From positions 40,674,001 to 40,738,000 of the forward strand of contig NC_087251.1 of NCBI RefSeq assembly GCF_037042905.1: DNA of 64,000 nucleotides, read 5' to 3'. This document shows, one piece after another, positions 63,640 through 64,000 of this stretch. Position 1 is the first letter of the stretch. The number at the start of each line of letters is the position of its first letter. The position numbers and the translations under genes are program-made. The DNA is from Lytechinus pictus (lineage: Eukaryota). Under the pieces are notes generated by a model. It saw only the letters and a list, made by a program, of their open reading frames with translations. It was not told the origin of the DNA and made no database searches.

Positions 63640-63828
63640 TATCTGACTGCTATTAAAGAAAGCATGAATGCTTGTAAGCAAGCAACCAGAGGACCAAGGG
63701 CTTAAGGTCCTCTCAGAGGAACCTGGTAATGAAGATAAATGCCATACCAAAGGACACCAGTGCACCTAGTGGGAATCGAACCCGGGTCACGGGAATCCGA
63801 AACCCGCGCTTTACCGACTGAGCTGCAT
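63640..63828 (-). mobile_element. tRNA-derived SINE of a second family (minus strand)
   Basis: Minus strand AGCTCAGTCGG (A-box), GGTTCGATTCC (B-box), followed by a non-tRNA body; acceptor stem does not close. Confidence 0.7.
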
Positions 63829-63935
63829 AAGGAAGGAATACAATTTTTAAAATGAAGAGAGTATGATTACAAAAAATATTCTAGTTATTTACAAATAATA
63901 AGAAATGAAAACAAGTGGCAAAATTAAACCATTAA

Positions 63936-64000
63936 AGGTCAAGTCCACCCCAGAAAAATGTTGATTTGAAAAAACAGAGAAAAATCAAAAAAGCATTATG
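63936..64000 (-). mobile_element. MITE family A, runs off window
   Basis: TTAA-AGGTCAAGTCCACCCCAGAAAAATGTTGATTTGAA. Confidence 0.85.

Noticed and set aside
63755..63828. Functional tRNA gene
   Set aside because: A and B boxes present, but acceptor and anticodon stems are imperfect and it continues into a SINE-like body

Overview
AT-rich, repeat-dense eukaryotic (animal) DNA. The repeat repertoire suggests a marine invertebrate, plausibly a sea urchin (inference). The only host gene I can support is a + strand SLC6 Na+/Cl- dependent transporter of the GABA/taurine/creatine (GAT) subgroup. I traced 11 GT-AG coding exons from ATG 28455 to 63241; they join in frame (1629 nt, 543 codons), and TM12 and the C-terminus lie beyond the window. 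Exon sizes and binding-site residues point to the creatine-transporter (SLC6A8/CT1)-like branch. The rest is transposon-derived: a decayed Crack/Daphne(L2-group) LINE, three Tx1/L1-like fragments, tRNA-derived SINEs, TTAA-targeting Kolobok/T2-like MITEs, other MITEs (8-bp TSD, TA-flanked CAC-ended, Harbinger-like, Tc1-like foldback), Helentron-like tandem-repeat elements and Penelope-like fragments. Best leads: (i) two minimal type I hammerhead ribozymes in introns of the gene; (ii) a possible distal promoter and two upstream exons 15-23 kb upstream that would add a 22-aa in-frame N-terminal extension; (iii) an unusual substrate-site residue combination and an expanded Thr/Cys-rich EL2. I found no convincing wholly new multi-gene system. 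All family assignments come from motif recognition, not database searches.
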